Virus record (IMG/VR): IMGVR_UViG_3300040759_000032
Location: 68,428-132,427 of that record
DNA length: 64,000 bases
Origin: a virus
Strand: one strand, 5' to 3'
The notes beneath the pieces are model-generated. The model did no database searches. It was not told where the DNA came from and saw only the letters and a list, made by a program, of their open reading frames with translations. The position numbers were made by a program, and so were the translations under genes. Below, piece after piece: positions 55,367 through 64,000 of the stretch (position 1 is its first letter; each line of letters starts with the position of its first letter).

Positions 55367-55912
55367 ATGGCGCTGGCTGACCTGTCCGCGATCGCCGGGT
55401 TCCGCAAGCGCGGCCCGTGGCCTCCCGGCCAGACCCCTGACGAGTACACCTTCTGGGCGCCGGACGACGACCTGCACGGCGTACTGGTGACGATGGTCCG
55501 CTCCGCGGCCCACAGTCTCGTGCTCGCGATGTACGGGTTCGCCGACGACGAACTCGCGGCGGCGGTCCACGACAGGCTCGACGACCCGGCTTGCTACGTG
55601 TCGCTGACGCTCGACTCGTCACAGGCCGGCGGGGTGCACGAGCGGGCGATCCTCGCCAAGTCGGGGTTCCCGTCGAACTCCGTCGCGATCGGGCAGAGCG
55701 AACGCCACCGGATCATGCACCTCAAGGTCGCCGTCATCGACGGAACCGACCGGGTCACCGGCTCGACGAACTGGTCCACGGCAGGCGAGTCGCTCCAGGA
55801 CAACGAGCTGACCGTGCGCCGCGACCCGGTGAGGGCGGCGGACGCGCGCGCGAAGATCGACCTCATTCACGAGTCGATGCTGACCGCCGCCGCAGAGAAG
55901 GCGGCGAAGTGA
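55367..55912 (+). CDS. Phospholipase D superfamily protein (single HKD)
   Basis: HLKVAVID...TGSTNWS...DNEL. Confidence 0.85.
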   Translation: MALADLSAIAGFRKRGPWPPGQTPDEYTFWAPDDDLHGVLVTMVRSAAHSLVLAMYGFADDELAAAVHDRLDDPACYVSLTLDSSQAGGVHERAILAKSGFPSNSVAIGQSERHRIMHLKVAVIDGTDRVTGSTNWSTAGESLQDNELTVRRDPVRAADARAKIDLIHESMLTAAAEKAAK

Positions 55913-55961
55913 CCGGCGTCGCGCGTGAACGACGTTACGGCGGGAAGCCGGTGGATGCCTG

Positions 55962-56264
55962 ATGGCCGGCGACTGCGCGAGGTGCGCCGGCGAGGGCTGG
56001 GTGTGCGAATCCCACCCCTCGCGCCCGTGGGGCGGCCTGTGCTGCGACGGGCCGCGCTGGGCTCAGCGGCTCCGCCCGCTGGGCCGGCTGGCGCCCTGGG
56101 GGCCTGCCCTGCTGCCCTACCGGGGGCCGTTCCGGCTGGCGTGGCGTATCCGCCCGCTGTGCGAGCACGGCGCCTGCTACTGCGGCGGCGCTGGGCTCGC
56201 GTGCCAGTCATGCAACCTTGACGGCCGGGTTGACTGGCTGTCGGTCATCGCGGAGGCGACGTGA
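55962..56264 (+). CDS. Cys-rich small protein
   Basis: CARCAGEGWVCESHP..PW...CGGAG..C..CN; GTGA overlap. Confidence 0.55.
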   Translation: MAGDCARCAGEGWVCESHPSRPWGGLCCDGPRWAQRLRPLGRLAPWGPALLPYRGPFRLAWRIRPLCEHGACYCGGAGLACQSCNLDGRVDWLSVIAEAT

Positions 56265-56680
56265 GCGCCAAGGCCCGAACCGACCTGCTGACCACCACCG
56301 AGCTCTACCACCTCGACCAGGCCTGCCAGGTGATCAGCCGGGCGTTCAGCGGCCAGTGCCCGTATCTCGTCGGCACGGCCGGGGTCGGCGGAGCGGAGTC
56401 GTACCGGGACGTGGATGTCAGGCTCATGCTCGGCGACGAGGAGTTCGCCGCAGCCTGCCCGACGCGGGAACGGTGGGAGCTGCTCTGCCTGTCGGTAGGG
56501 GCTTACCTCGCCTCGCGTACCGGGTTGCCGATCGACTTCCAGGTGCAGCGCAAGGGCGAGGCGCTGGAGCGCTTTGGCGACAGGCCACGTAACCCGCTCG
56601 GCCTCGTCAAAGGCTCGCGCATCTTCGCGGGCGGCGGCGACGGAACGCCGGCCTGGGAACAGCAGCCGGACAACGCTTAA
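56261..56680 (+). CDS. Minimal nucleotidyltransferase-like protein
   Basis: YLVGT...RDVDVRLML and IDFQ (pol-beta GS/DxD pattern). Confidence 0.65.
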   Translation: MSAKARTDLLTTTELYHLDQACQVISRAFSGQCPYLVGTAGVGGAESYRDVDVRLMLGDEEFAAACPTRERWELLCLSVGAYLASRTGLPIDFQVQRKGEALERFGDRPRNPLGLVKGSRIFAGGGDGTPAWEQQPDNA

Positions 56681-56689
56681 GGAGCCGTC

Positions 56690-57001
56690 ATGTACTGGGC
56701 AATCGCCAGCTTCATCGCCTTCCTCATCGCCCTGATCCTCGATCTCTTCGGGGTCAGCCACGGCCACGTCAACTACACCACGTTCGCCCTCATCGGCCTG
56801 CTGTGCGCCGCCGCAGCGCTGGTGACGATCACACCCGAGGCACTCCCACCAGTCGACGCCGGGTCGCCATTTCATCGGGCCGTGAGTCAGGCAGCTGACG
56901 GTGGTCACGCCCTCATCCTCGCCGATCCGGGGAGTGGTCATGGCGCGGACGCCCGAGACTGTCACCCTGCGGGAGCACCTCGAGGCCCTGCGAGCGGCTG
57001 A
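56690..57001 (+). CDS. Two-TM membrane protein, holin candidate
   Basis: AAGGAG RBS; two N-terminal TM helices. Confidence 0.55.
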   Translation: MYWAIASFIAFLIALILDLFGVSHGHVNYTTFALIGLLCAAAALVTITPEALPPVDAGSPFHRAVSQAADGGHALILADPGSGHGADARDCHPAGAPRGPASG

Positions 57002-57377
57002 CGCGCTGCTGGCGGCGGAACGGGACCGCAGGTACGCCGAGGTTGCGCAGGAACGGGCGAAGGCGCTCAGTATCAAGGAGAGCGCCGACGAGAAGGCACT
57101 CGACCTGGCCAGCCAAATCCAGACGTACAAAGACCAGGCGCACAACGGCCTCCTCCAGCAGCTCACCGAGGAGCGCGGCCGGTACGCCACCCAGGGAGAC
57201 CTGAAGTCGGTCGTCGAGAAGCTGGAGACGGCGATCAAGCCGCTGGCCGACTACGTCTCGGGCCAGCGGGGCGGCAGCGAGACGAAGTCCGAGCGTCGGC
57301 TTGACGTCAGCCAGGTCATCGCCGCGATAGCCGTGATCGCGCTGGTCGTCAGCCTGCTCATACCGCATCTCAAGTAG
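56940..57377 (+). CDS. Coiled-coil protein with C-terminal TM
   Basis: TLREHLEAL...DRRY; C-terminal hydrophobic helix. Confidence 0.65.
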   Translation: MARTPETVTLREHLEALRAADALLAAERDRRYAEVAQERAKALSIKESADEKALDLASQIQTYKDQAHNGLLQQLTEERGRYATQGDLKSVVEKLETAIKPLADYVSGQRGGSETKSERRLDVSQVIAAIAVIALVVSLLIPHLK

Positions 57378-57400
57378 CCGCGCCCAGTGAAGGGACGCCG

Positions 57401-57937
57401 ATGATGGAAGCCCCCGCGCCGAAGAGGGAGCCGCACTTCGGCTTCACGCGCCACGGCCGGCCGGTTCACCGGTCGACGTCGGACTACCACCCCGACGGCA
57501 CACCATGGCAGCGCTTCAACAAGGCCGTGGCGCTCGGGATCAACCGCTGCGTCTTCACGATGAACACCTTCTGGTGCTTCAACCTGCTCGCGTTCTGCAG
57601 CCTGCCCGCGGTGCTGACCGGCGTGGGGATCATCCACAAGGGCACGTTCCCCGGCTGGCTCGTCTCCGCAAGCTTCATCTCCCTCATTGCGTGGGTTGCC
57701 CAGACCTACCTCCAGTTGGTGCTCCTGCCAGCTCTGGGCGTGGGCCAAGGGCTGCAATCCGTAGCCGCAGACGCCCGCGCGGCCAAGACCTTCGAGGACG
57801 TCGAGGCCGTCCGCAGTGACATCAGGACCGCGCTGGACCGCCTCGACACGCGCACCGAGGGCGGGCTGGCCGAAGTGCTCGCCGCGGTGAAGGCCCTCTC
57901 GGCGAAGCTTGACACGGAGAAAGGCGCGACACCTTGA
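57401..57937 (+). CDS. DUF1003-like membrane protein
   Basis: RFNKAVAL...AWVAQTYLQLVLLPALGVGQ. Confidence 0.6.
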   Translation: MMEAPAPKREPHFGFTRHGRPVHRSTSDYHPDGTPWQRFNKAVALGINRCVFTMNTFWCFNLLAFCSLPAVLTGVGIIHKGTFPGWLVSASFISLIAWVAQTYLQLVLLPALGVGQGLQSVAADARAAKTFEDVEAVRSDIRTALDRLDTRTEGGLAEVLAAVKALSAKLDTEKGATP

Positions 57938-58716
57938 CCGGCATCACCATGTACGACGCGATCGCCGACGACCAGTTCCCGCCGGGCGCCGCCGCCTACG
58001 CCGCGTACGTCGACGGGGACCTGGCGAACCAGCCGAACTACAGCTACATCGTGTCCGCCTTCCCCAAGGCGGAGCACCTGTCGATCACCCTGTTCCCGGA
58101 CAAGGACGCCGACGCGCTCGACATCGAGAACGGGGCGGCGACCCCGGAGTCGGCTGCCTCGTGGTACGAGCGGCAGAAGGCGCGGGGCATCGCCCGCCCT
58201 GCCCTGTACGCGGACGTCTCCACGATGGAGTCCGACGTGGTCCCGGTCATCACCGCGGCGAAGATCGCCAGGGCGACGGTCCGGCTGTGGACCGCCCACT
58301 ACGGGGCGGGCGAGCACATCTGCGGCCCGAAGTCCTGCGCCCGGCTGTCGATCGACGCCGACGGCACCCAGTGGACGGACACGGCGATGGGCCGGAGCCT
58401 CGACCAGTCGCTTCTCCTCGCCGACTTCTTCGGCGACCCCAAGCCAGCCCCCGCCGAGTCCTGGGAGGACAAGCTAGTGGCAACGATTCCCGTTATCGGT
58501 CTCGGCAGCGGTAACCTGCAGGCCGTGAAGAACTGGCAGGGCATCCTCGTCGCCCACGGGTACGACCTCGGAAGCTCCGGGGAGTTCGGGGACGGGGTGG
58601 ACGGCGTGTTCGGGGACGTCACCCGCCAGCGAACCCTGACCTTCCAGGCGTCGAAGGGCGTCGCCCAGGACGGCCAGGTGGGCGCGAAGACCTGGACGGC
58701 GGCCCTCACCGCGTGA
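57934..58716 (+). CDS. Endolysin: GH25-like catalytic domain plus peptidoglycan-binding domain
   Basis: DALDIENG, LWTAHY, GTQWTD...LDQS; DGVFG..T...FQ...DGQVGAKTW. Confidence 0.8.
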   Translation: MTGITMYDAIADDQFPPGAAAYAAYVDGDLANQPNYSYIVSAFPKAEHLSITLFPDKDADALDIENGAATPESAASWYERQKARGIARPALYADVSTMESDVVPVITAAKIARATVRLWTAHYGAGEHICGPKSCARLSIDADGTQWTDTAMGRSLDQSLLLADFFGDPKPAPAESWEDKLVATIPVIGLGSGNLQAVKNWQGILVAHGYDLGSSGEFGDGVDGVFGDVTRQRTLTFQASKGVAQDGQVGAKTWTAALTA

Positions 58717-59129
58717 TCCTGCCTGAAACGCCCGCCGAGGTCACCCAGTCGATCCTGTACAGCCCAGAGCGCGAGGCCCGCGGCGTGTACGGGAACTGCC
58801 TGCAGGCGGCCGTGGCGTCCGCTGTCGGCCTTGACCTCGACGCGGTGCCGCACCTGGGAGCCTTCGCCTGGTATGAGGCCGCGACCCGGCTGTGGCTGCG
58901 CGGGGTCGGCCTCGACTGGCGGCAGGTCGACGGCATCCCCTCCGGCCGGTCGATCGTCATCGGGCCGACGAAGCGCGGCACCGGGGACCATGCGGTGGTC
59001 GGGGACGGCGGGGAGATCGCCTGGGATCCTCACCCGAGCCGCGCCGGGCTGGTCAAGGTGAGCCGAGCTTACGTCCTCGAGCCCTGGCCGAACGGCCAGC
59101 CGAGCCGCTGCGTGTGCTGCGGCAGCTAG
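58713..59129 (+). CDS. Hypothetical protein with papain-like C/H/D pattern
   Basis: GNCLQAAVAS...HAVV...WDPHPS. Confidence 0.6.
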   Translation: MILPETPAEVTQSILYSPEREARGVYGNCLQAAVASAVGLDLDAVPHLGAFAWYEAATRLWLRGVGLDWRQVDGIPSGRSIVIGPTKRGTGDHAVVGDGGEIAWDPHPSRAGLVKVSRAYVLEPWPNGQPSRCVCCGS

Positions 59130-59263
59130 GAACTGTCTACGTCGCGCAGGACTGAGGCGTCAGGCGTGTAATTTTACGGGCCGATTGCCACACCGAACCG
59201 CCCTGACCAGCGCTAGTTCAAGTTTCGCCACCACGATTGAGCAGCGCCGCCAGCGCGCGGGGG

Positions 59264-59428
59264 CTAGCTGACGGCCGCTCGTCGCTCGCGGATCACCCGG
59301 CCAGCCTGCAAGATGGCGTTGGCCATGTTAGGGCAGGACATCAGGTAGCGGCGGTCGCAAGAGCACCCGGCCTCGTCGTGCAGGCTGGCGGCTACCTCGA
59401 TCAGCTCCTGGCGGGTCAGCTTGTCCAT
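59264..59428 (-). CDS. Small moron protein
   Basis: Leaderless GAGAAT-7-ATG. Confidence 0.5.
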   Translation of the reverse strand: MDKLTRQELIEVAASLHDEAGCSCDRRYLMSCPNMANAILQAGRVIRERRAAVS

Positions 59429-59495
59429 GCGGCCCATTCTCCCGTAAGCACCGCCTTCGTCTCCGCCGAGCCGATAACCGAGACGGGGGTCTGCC

Positions 59496-60941
59496 TTGGG
59501 CAAGATCAGCAGCTACCCGCAGGCGTCCCCGGTCACGACGTTCAGGGTCCTGGGCACCGACACGGCGAACACCACCGAGGCTCCCTCGGGCACCACGGAG
59601 ACGGTTACGCTCGAGGCCCTCCTCGGGTGGCCGCTCGGCGCGAACGTCATCTTCGTCAACACCCTCTCCGGGGTGGACCCGACCGGGGTCGCGGACTCGA
59701 CGACGGCGATCGCGGCGGCGCAGACCGCAGCGGGGACGAGTCCGTACGTGCTGGTCTTCGGGATCGGCACCTACCTGATCGGCACCAGCGGGAACCTGGT
59801 GACCTTCGGGCCGAACCAGGGCCTCGTGGGCTGCGGGTCGGCGCTGACCGAGATCAACTACGTCGGGTCGGCAACCTGCCTGGCGGTGTACGAGTCGTCG
59901 TTCTCCAGCGGCAGCGTCGGCGGGCCCTTCCGGGGCTTCTCCCTGTCCGGCTACTCCGCGACGGGCAGCGCGAAGGGCCTCTCCTGGGGCAACCTGCAGG
60001 CGGCGCGGAACAACGACATCACGATCTCCGGGTTCCCCGGCGACGGCCTGTACCTGCACAACGGCAACGCCACGACCGAATGGTCGGAGCAGGCGGAGTG
60101 GACCGCGATCAAGCTCGTGCAGAACGCGAGCGGGATCGTGTTCGACGAGGGCTCGTTCGACTACGGCATCTTCCAGCTGCTGATCGTCGCGAATAGCGGG
60201 CAGAACGGGGTGACGCTCCAGAACGCGGCGACGCTCGCCGGGGAGCGGTTCGAGCTGCGCGGCAACTTCACCGCCGGGGCGGGGAACTCGGCGTGGGTGA
60301 TCGGGGTCGACCCGGCGGGCGGCGGGTCGGGGACGTCGTCGATGACGGCCGCGAGCATGCTCGTCAACGTCGAGTGCGACGGCTCCACCGGCACCGGCCA
60401 CACCACGATCGCGATGGACGGCTCCTCGAGCACGCAGCTGACCGGAAACGGGACGCTCAACTTCCTGAACGGCACCGTCGACTTCACCGGCATGACCCCG
60501 GTCGCCAGCCTGAACGGCATCTTCTCCTTCTCCGGGACGATCAACGAGCCGACCCTCGGCTCCCTCGTCGCCGGCGACGCGCACGCCTTCACGGGCGGGA
60601 CGAACTGGACCGAGGCGGGTTCGCTGTCGACGAACTACGCCTACAGCGGGATGGACATCTACCCGCAGTTCGGGGACTTCCAGTCATACATCCTCCCCAA
60701 CGGGGCGATCACCGTCGCGGGGTTCTCCAGCGCGCCGTACAAGTTCGCCCGGCGGGTCACGATCTTCTTCAAGCAGCCGTCGAGCGGGTCGGCCGGGACG
60801 ATCACCTGGCCTGCGAACGTGAAGTGGTCAGGCGGGTCGCACGCCCTGTCCTCCGCGAGCAACGCGATCGACAAGGTGGAGCTGGTCTACCTGCCGTCGG
60901 AGAACACCTGGTACGGCGTGGTGACGCTCGCGTTCTCCTGA
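59496..60941 (+). CDS. Tailspike-like protein with pectin-lyase-type beta-helix
   Basis: GVDPTGVADSTTAIAAA...VFGIGTYLI; C-terminal ITWPANVKWSGG. Confidence 0.7.
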   Translation: MGKISSYPQASPVTTFRVLGTDTANTTEAPSGTTETVTLEALLGWPLGANVIFVNTLSGVDPTGVADSTTAIAAAQTAAGTSPYVLVFGIGTYLIGTSGNLVTFGPNQGLVGCGSALTEINYVGSATCLAVYESSFSSGSVGGPFRGFSLSGYSATGSAKGLSWGNLQAARNNDITISGFPGDGLYLHNGNATTEWSEQAEWTAIKLVQNASGIVFDEGSFDYGIFQLLIVANSGQNGVTLQNAATLAGERFELRGNFTAGAGNSAWVIGVDPAGGGSGTSSMTAASMLVNVECDGSTGTGHTTIAMDGSSSTQLTGNGTLNFLNGTVDFTGMTPVASLNGIFSFSGTINEPTLGSLVAGDAHAFTGGTNWTEAGSLSTNYAYSGMDIYPQFGDFQSYILPNGAITVAGFSSAPYKFARRVTIFFKQPSSGSAGTITWPANVKWSGGSHALSSASNAIDKVELVYLPSENTWYGVVTLAFS

Positions 60942-61228
60942 CCGGGCCGCCTCTTCCGCGCCCTCCGCCAGCGGGGGCAGTCGCACGGCTTGGCGCACTC
61001 GGTTCCCGTCCGGTGATGGGAGTGCGCGCGCCGGCCGTGACCGCAGCGGCGGCACCGGTCCCCGTTGCCGTCGTCAGCGCGGTCGCTGCGGCGGGAGCGG
61101 CGGCGGAACGGCCAGGAGAGCATGCCGACCATTGTCTCGCAGGCCCGGAGTTATCCGGCCAGCCCCTCTTGCCTTCCCCCTGATCCCGGCCGTGCGTCGG
61201 CCGCCCCCTTACCCGGAGGTGACCGCGC

Positions 61229-63442
61229 GTGGCGCTTTCGTATACGCAGATCGTCGAGACGTTCGACGACGGGACCGGCAGCCCGATCGCGTCCGGCACC
61301 GCCCAGTTCACGGTCAACACGACGATCTACGCGTCGGGCGTGCCCATCCTCCAGCCTGACGTCCCGATTCAGGCGCAGATCATCAACGGCCAGCTTCGCT
61401 CTGCGTCCGGGGGCGTGCTCCAACTCCTCGACCTGGCCAGCACGGGCCTGACCATGATCTCGCAGACGGGCTTCTGGTTCTGGTCTGTGGCCATCACGGT
61501 CGGCGGCCAGGTGCTCGAGCCGTGGAGCTTCTTCCTCGAACATTCGGGCACGCCTGTTGACTTGTATTCGCTCGCAAACACGCAGCAGAGCACATTCTCT
61601 AACCCCCTCACGACCCTGGGCGATCTATTCGTGGGTGGCGCGGGCGGCTCTCCCGAGCGGCTCGCGGGCAACACGTCGGCGACGCGCGAGTTCCTGATCT
61701 CCCAGGGCACGGGCACGGCGGCGCAGGCCCAGACATGGGGTCCGCTGGAGGCGTCCGATATCCCGGACACGGCAGTGGCGCCGGGCTCCTACACGAACGC
61801 GAACCTGACCGTGGGGGCTGACGGGAGGCTCACGGCGGCGTCGGACGGCTCGGCCGGCGGGGTCTCCTCGTTCAACTCCCGGACGGGCGCGGTGGTCCCT
61901 GAGCCCGGGGACTACACGGCCTCCGAGGTGGGCGCGCTCCCCTCAACCGATGACCTGTCGGCGATCGCGTCGGCCAACGCGACCGCAGGCAGCGTGTCGA
62001 TGAACAGCCATAAGATCACGAGCCTCGCGAACGGCTCGGCCCCGGGCGACGCGGCCGCTTTCGGGCAGATCCCGACGTCGCTGCCTCCCAGCGGGAGCGC
62101 GGGCGGGTCGCTGGCCGGAACCTACCCGAACCCGTCGATCGCCAGCACCGCGGTCACGGCGGGGTCGTACGCGAACGCGAGCGTGACGGTAGGCGCGGAC
62201 GGGCGGCTGACCGCCGCGTCGAGCGGCGCCGCCCCGGTCGCCTCCGTTACCGCAGGGGACACCTCGATCGTCGTGGGCGGGACGGGCACTGCGCCGACGA
62301 TCGAGACCGGCACCCTCGACGTGATCGCCTCCGACCACCCGCCGGCGGCGAACTGGTCGAACAACTCGAAGAAGATCACGAGCCTGCAGAACGGGTCGGC
62401 GGCGCAGGACGCGGCGGCCTTCGGGCAGATACCCACGGCACTCCCCCCGAACGGCAGCGCCGGCGGCTCGCTGTCCGGTACTTACCCGAATCCGTCGATC
62501 GCCAGCACGGCGGTAACGCCGGGCTCGTACACCAACGCGTCGGTCACGGTGGGGGCGGACGGCAGGTTGACCGCCGCGTCGTCCGGCGCGGCCCCGGTGA
62601 CGGGCGTGACCGCCGCTGACGGCTCTGTCGTCATCGGTGGCACGTCTACTGCGCCGACGGTGCGCACGGGAACGCTCGACGCGATCGCCGCCGCGCATCC
62701 CCCCGTGGCCGCCGTGGGCTTCAACTCCCAGAAGGCCACCGGGCTCGCCAACGGGTCCAACCCCACGGACGCGGTTGCATACGGGCAGCTAGGCAGCGCG
62801 GCTTTCCAGGCGTCGTCGGCGTTCGACGCGGCGGGGGCGGCGGCCACGGCGCAGGCGAACGCGGAGGCGGCGTGCGTGCCCGTCGGGGACCTGCCGATCT
62901 CCGTCGCCAACGGCGGGACGGGGCAGACGGCCGCCGCCGCCGCGTACAACGCCCTGTCGCCGATGACGACCAAGGGCGACCTGATCTACGAGTCGTCGGC
63001 GGGGGTGGCGGCGCGGCTGCCGGTCGGCGCGGCGGCCCAGGTGCTCAGCGTGTCCGGCGGGGTGCCCGCGTGGATAAACGGGCTCATCCTGCAAGCCACG
63101 ACAGGAGATACCGGATTCGCTCTGGTCAACGGGACGCCGACGATCCTGACATGGACATCGCCGAATGACGGAAACCTGCACCGGATCGATATCGTCGCTG
63201 CGCTGAACGTTACCAGCTCCGTGACCGGCGGAAAGATAACCTATAACTATACCGGTTTGGATGGTAATAATCACCAGCCGCAGATATTCGCGGTAAATCT
63301 CGCCGCAGGATACATGTATCCCAATAGCAATCCCAGTCCCGTCAGTCTTGTAGTGGGACCCAATATCACCGTGACTGTTATCCAACAATCTGCGGTAACG
63401 GCCGGAGCAGCTGTCCTGTACGCGAATCTTTACGCAACATGA
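61229..63442 (+). CDS. Tail fibre with YadA-stalk-like internal repeats
   Basis: KITSLxNGS..DAAAFGQ and GSYTNAxxTVGADGRLTAAS repeats; MTTKGDLIY; GGAGG RBS. Confidence 0.8.
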   Translation: MALSYTQIVETFDDGTGSPIASGTAQFTVNTTIYASGVPILQPDVPIQAQIINGQLRSASGGVLQLLDLASTGLTMISQTGFWFWSVAITVGGQVLEPWSFFLEHSGTPVDLYSLANTQQSTFSNPLTTLGDLFVGGAGGSPERLAGNTSATREFLISQGTGTAAQAQTWGPLEASDIPDTAVAPGSYTNANLTVGADGRLTAASDGSAGGVSSFNSRTGAVVPEPGDYTASEVGALPSTDDLSAIASANATAGSVSMNSHKITSLANGSAPGDAAAFGQIPTSLPPSGSAGGSLAGTYPNPSIASTAVTAGSYANASVTVGADGRLTAASSGAAPVASVTAGDTSIVVGGTGTAPTIETGTLDVIASDHPPAANWSNNSKKITSLQNGSAAQDAAAFGQIPTALPPNGSAGGSLSGTYPNPSIASTAVTPGSYTNASVTVGADGRLTAASSGAAPVTGVTAADGSVVIGGTSTAPTVRTGTLDAIAAAHPPVAAVGFNSQKATGLANGSNPTDAVAYGQLGSAAFQASSAFDAAGAAATAQANAEAACVPVGDLPISVANGGTGQTAAAAAYNALSPMTTKGDLIYESSAGVAARLPVGAAAQVLSVSGGVPAWINGLILQATTGDTGFALVNGTPTILTWTSPNDGNLHRIDIVAALNVTSSVTGGKITYNYTGLDGNNHQPQIFAVNLAAGYMYPNSNPSPVSLVVGPNITVTVIQQSAVTAGAAVLYANLYAT

Positions 63443-63458
63443 TTTATAGGAGAATCAA

Positions 63459-63755
63459 ATGACCGCAGGGAACCAGCCGACCACCGCGCAGATCAACGCG
63501 ACCGTGGGCGGCTTCGCCACCCAGCTCCGCACCCTGTTCCAAGGGGTGCAGAACTTCGAGGCATGGCTGTCGGCCGCCGGGGGCGCGACCTTCCTCGAAG
63601 CCGCCCCGCTCAGCTACAGCACCGCCGACGCCGCCACGCTCGTGTCCACGATCGGGAACCTGAACACCCTCGCGGGCATCTACGCGGGCACGGCCCAGAC
63701 CGGCGGGGCGTTCAACTACGAGACCAACAGCAACGCGCTGTGGGGCGGCCAGTGA
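63459..63755 (+). CDS. Hypothetical protein following the tail fibre
   Basis: AGGAG RBS, GC3-rich. Confidence 0.65.
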   Translation: MTAGNQPTTAQINATVGGFATQLRTLFQGVQNFEAWLSAAGGATFLEAAPLSYSTADAATLVSTIGNLNTLAGIYAGTAQTGGAFNYETNSNALWGGQ

Positions 63756-64000
63756 GCGCGCCTAGATGACGGACAGCTTCTACGCCCAGGCCCCCCAGTC
63801 CGGCTACAGCGTCGAGTCCGGGTCCGTCGGCACGCCCGGCCTCACCCCCGGAGACCGCCTCCCCCGTCCAAGCGTCCACCCTCACCCCCCGTTCACGGGT
63901 GCCGGGCGCCTGCCCGCATGACCCCGCGCCGAACCCCGACCGAAGGAGAACGACCATGACCGAGACTGCCCCGTCCCCCCCCCCCCCGACCCCCCCCCCC

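Noticed and set aside
59130-59263. A/T-richer intergenic stretch as a recombination site
   Set aside because: No clear repeat or dyad and no recombinase in the window.
63070-63442. Diversity-generating retroelement
   Set aside because: No reverse transcriptase or template repeat visible.
63975-64000. Poly-C tracts at the window end
   Set aside because: Probably low-quality contig-end sequence; cannot be interpreted.

Overview
Very GC-rich actinobacterial phage-like element (WhiB, XRE-DUF5753/DUF6879, leaderless genes); no host chromosomal genes, integrase or CRISPR are visible. The left ~13 kb looks like an actinomycete conjugative element. It has an iteron-containing replication-initiator-like gene running off the window edge, a regulatory triad facing a promoter covered by TATGC-A-GCATA palindromes, and a tightly coupled operon with WhiB, a secreted lysozyme-like protein, a TraB/FtsK-type translocase, a GIY-YIG-like protein and a DUF2637 membrane protein. 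From ~14 kb onward lies a siphovirus-type late region: ParB-DNA methyltransferase, TerS, TerL, portal, protease, scaffold, capsid, glycosyltransferases, neck, tail tube, chaperone, tape measure, minor tails, lysis genes and fibres, with many small morons interspersed. Most unusual points: (1) a TerL intein whose interior encodes a 6x zinc-finger HNH endonuclease in the +1 frame, ending 7 nt past the C-terminal splice junction; (2) phage morphogenesis genes and a TraB conjugation module on one element; (3) a LAGLIDADG intein in the tail tube protein; (4) a portal-Nudix-MuF fusion; (5) short AT-rich codon patches at conserved sites of core genes; (6) five glycosyltransferase-like genes and an aberrant tRNA-like RNA after the capsid gene; (7) a mini-ORF copying the tape-measure C-terminus. 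All family assignments come from motif recognition by eye, not database searches.
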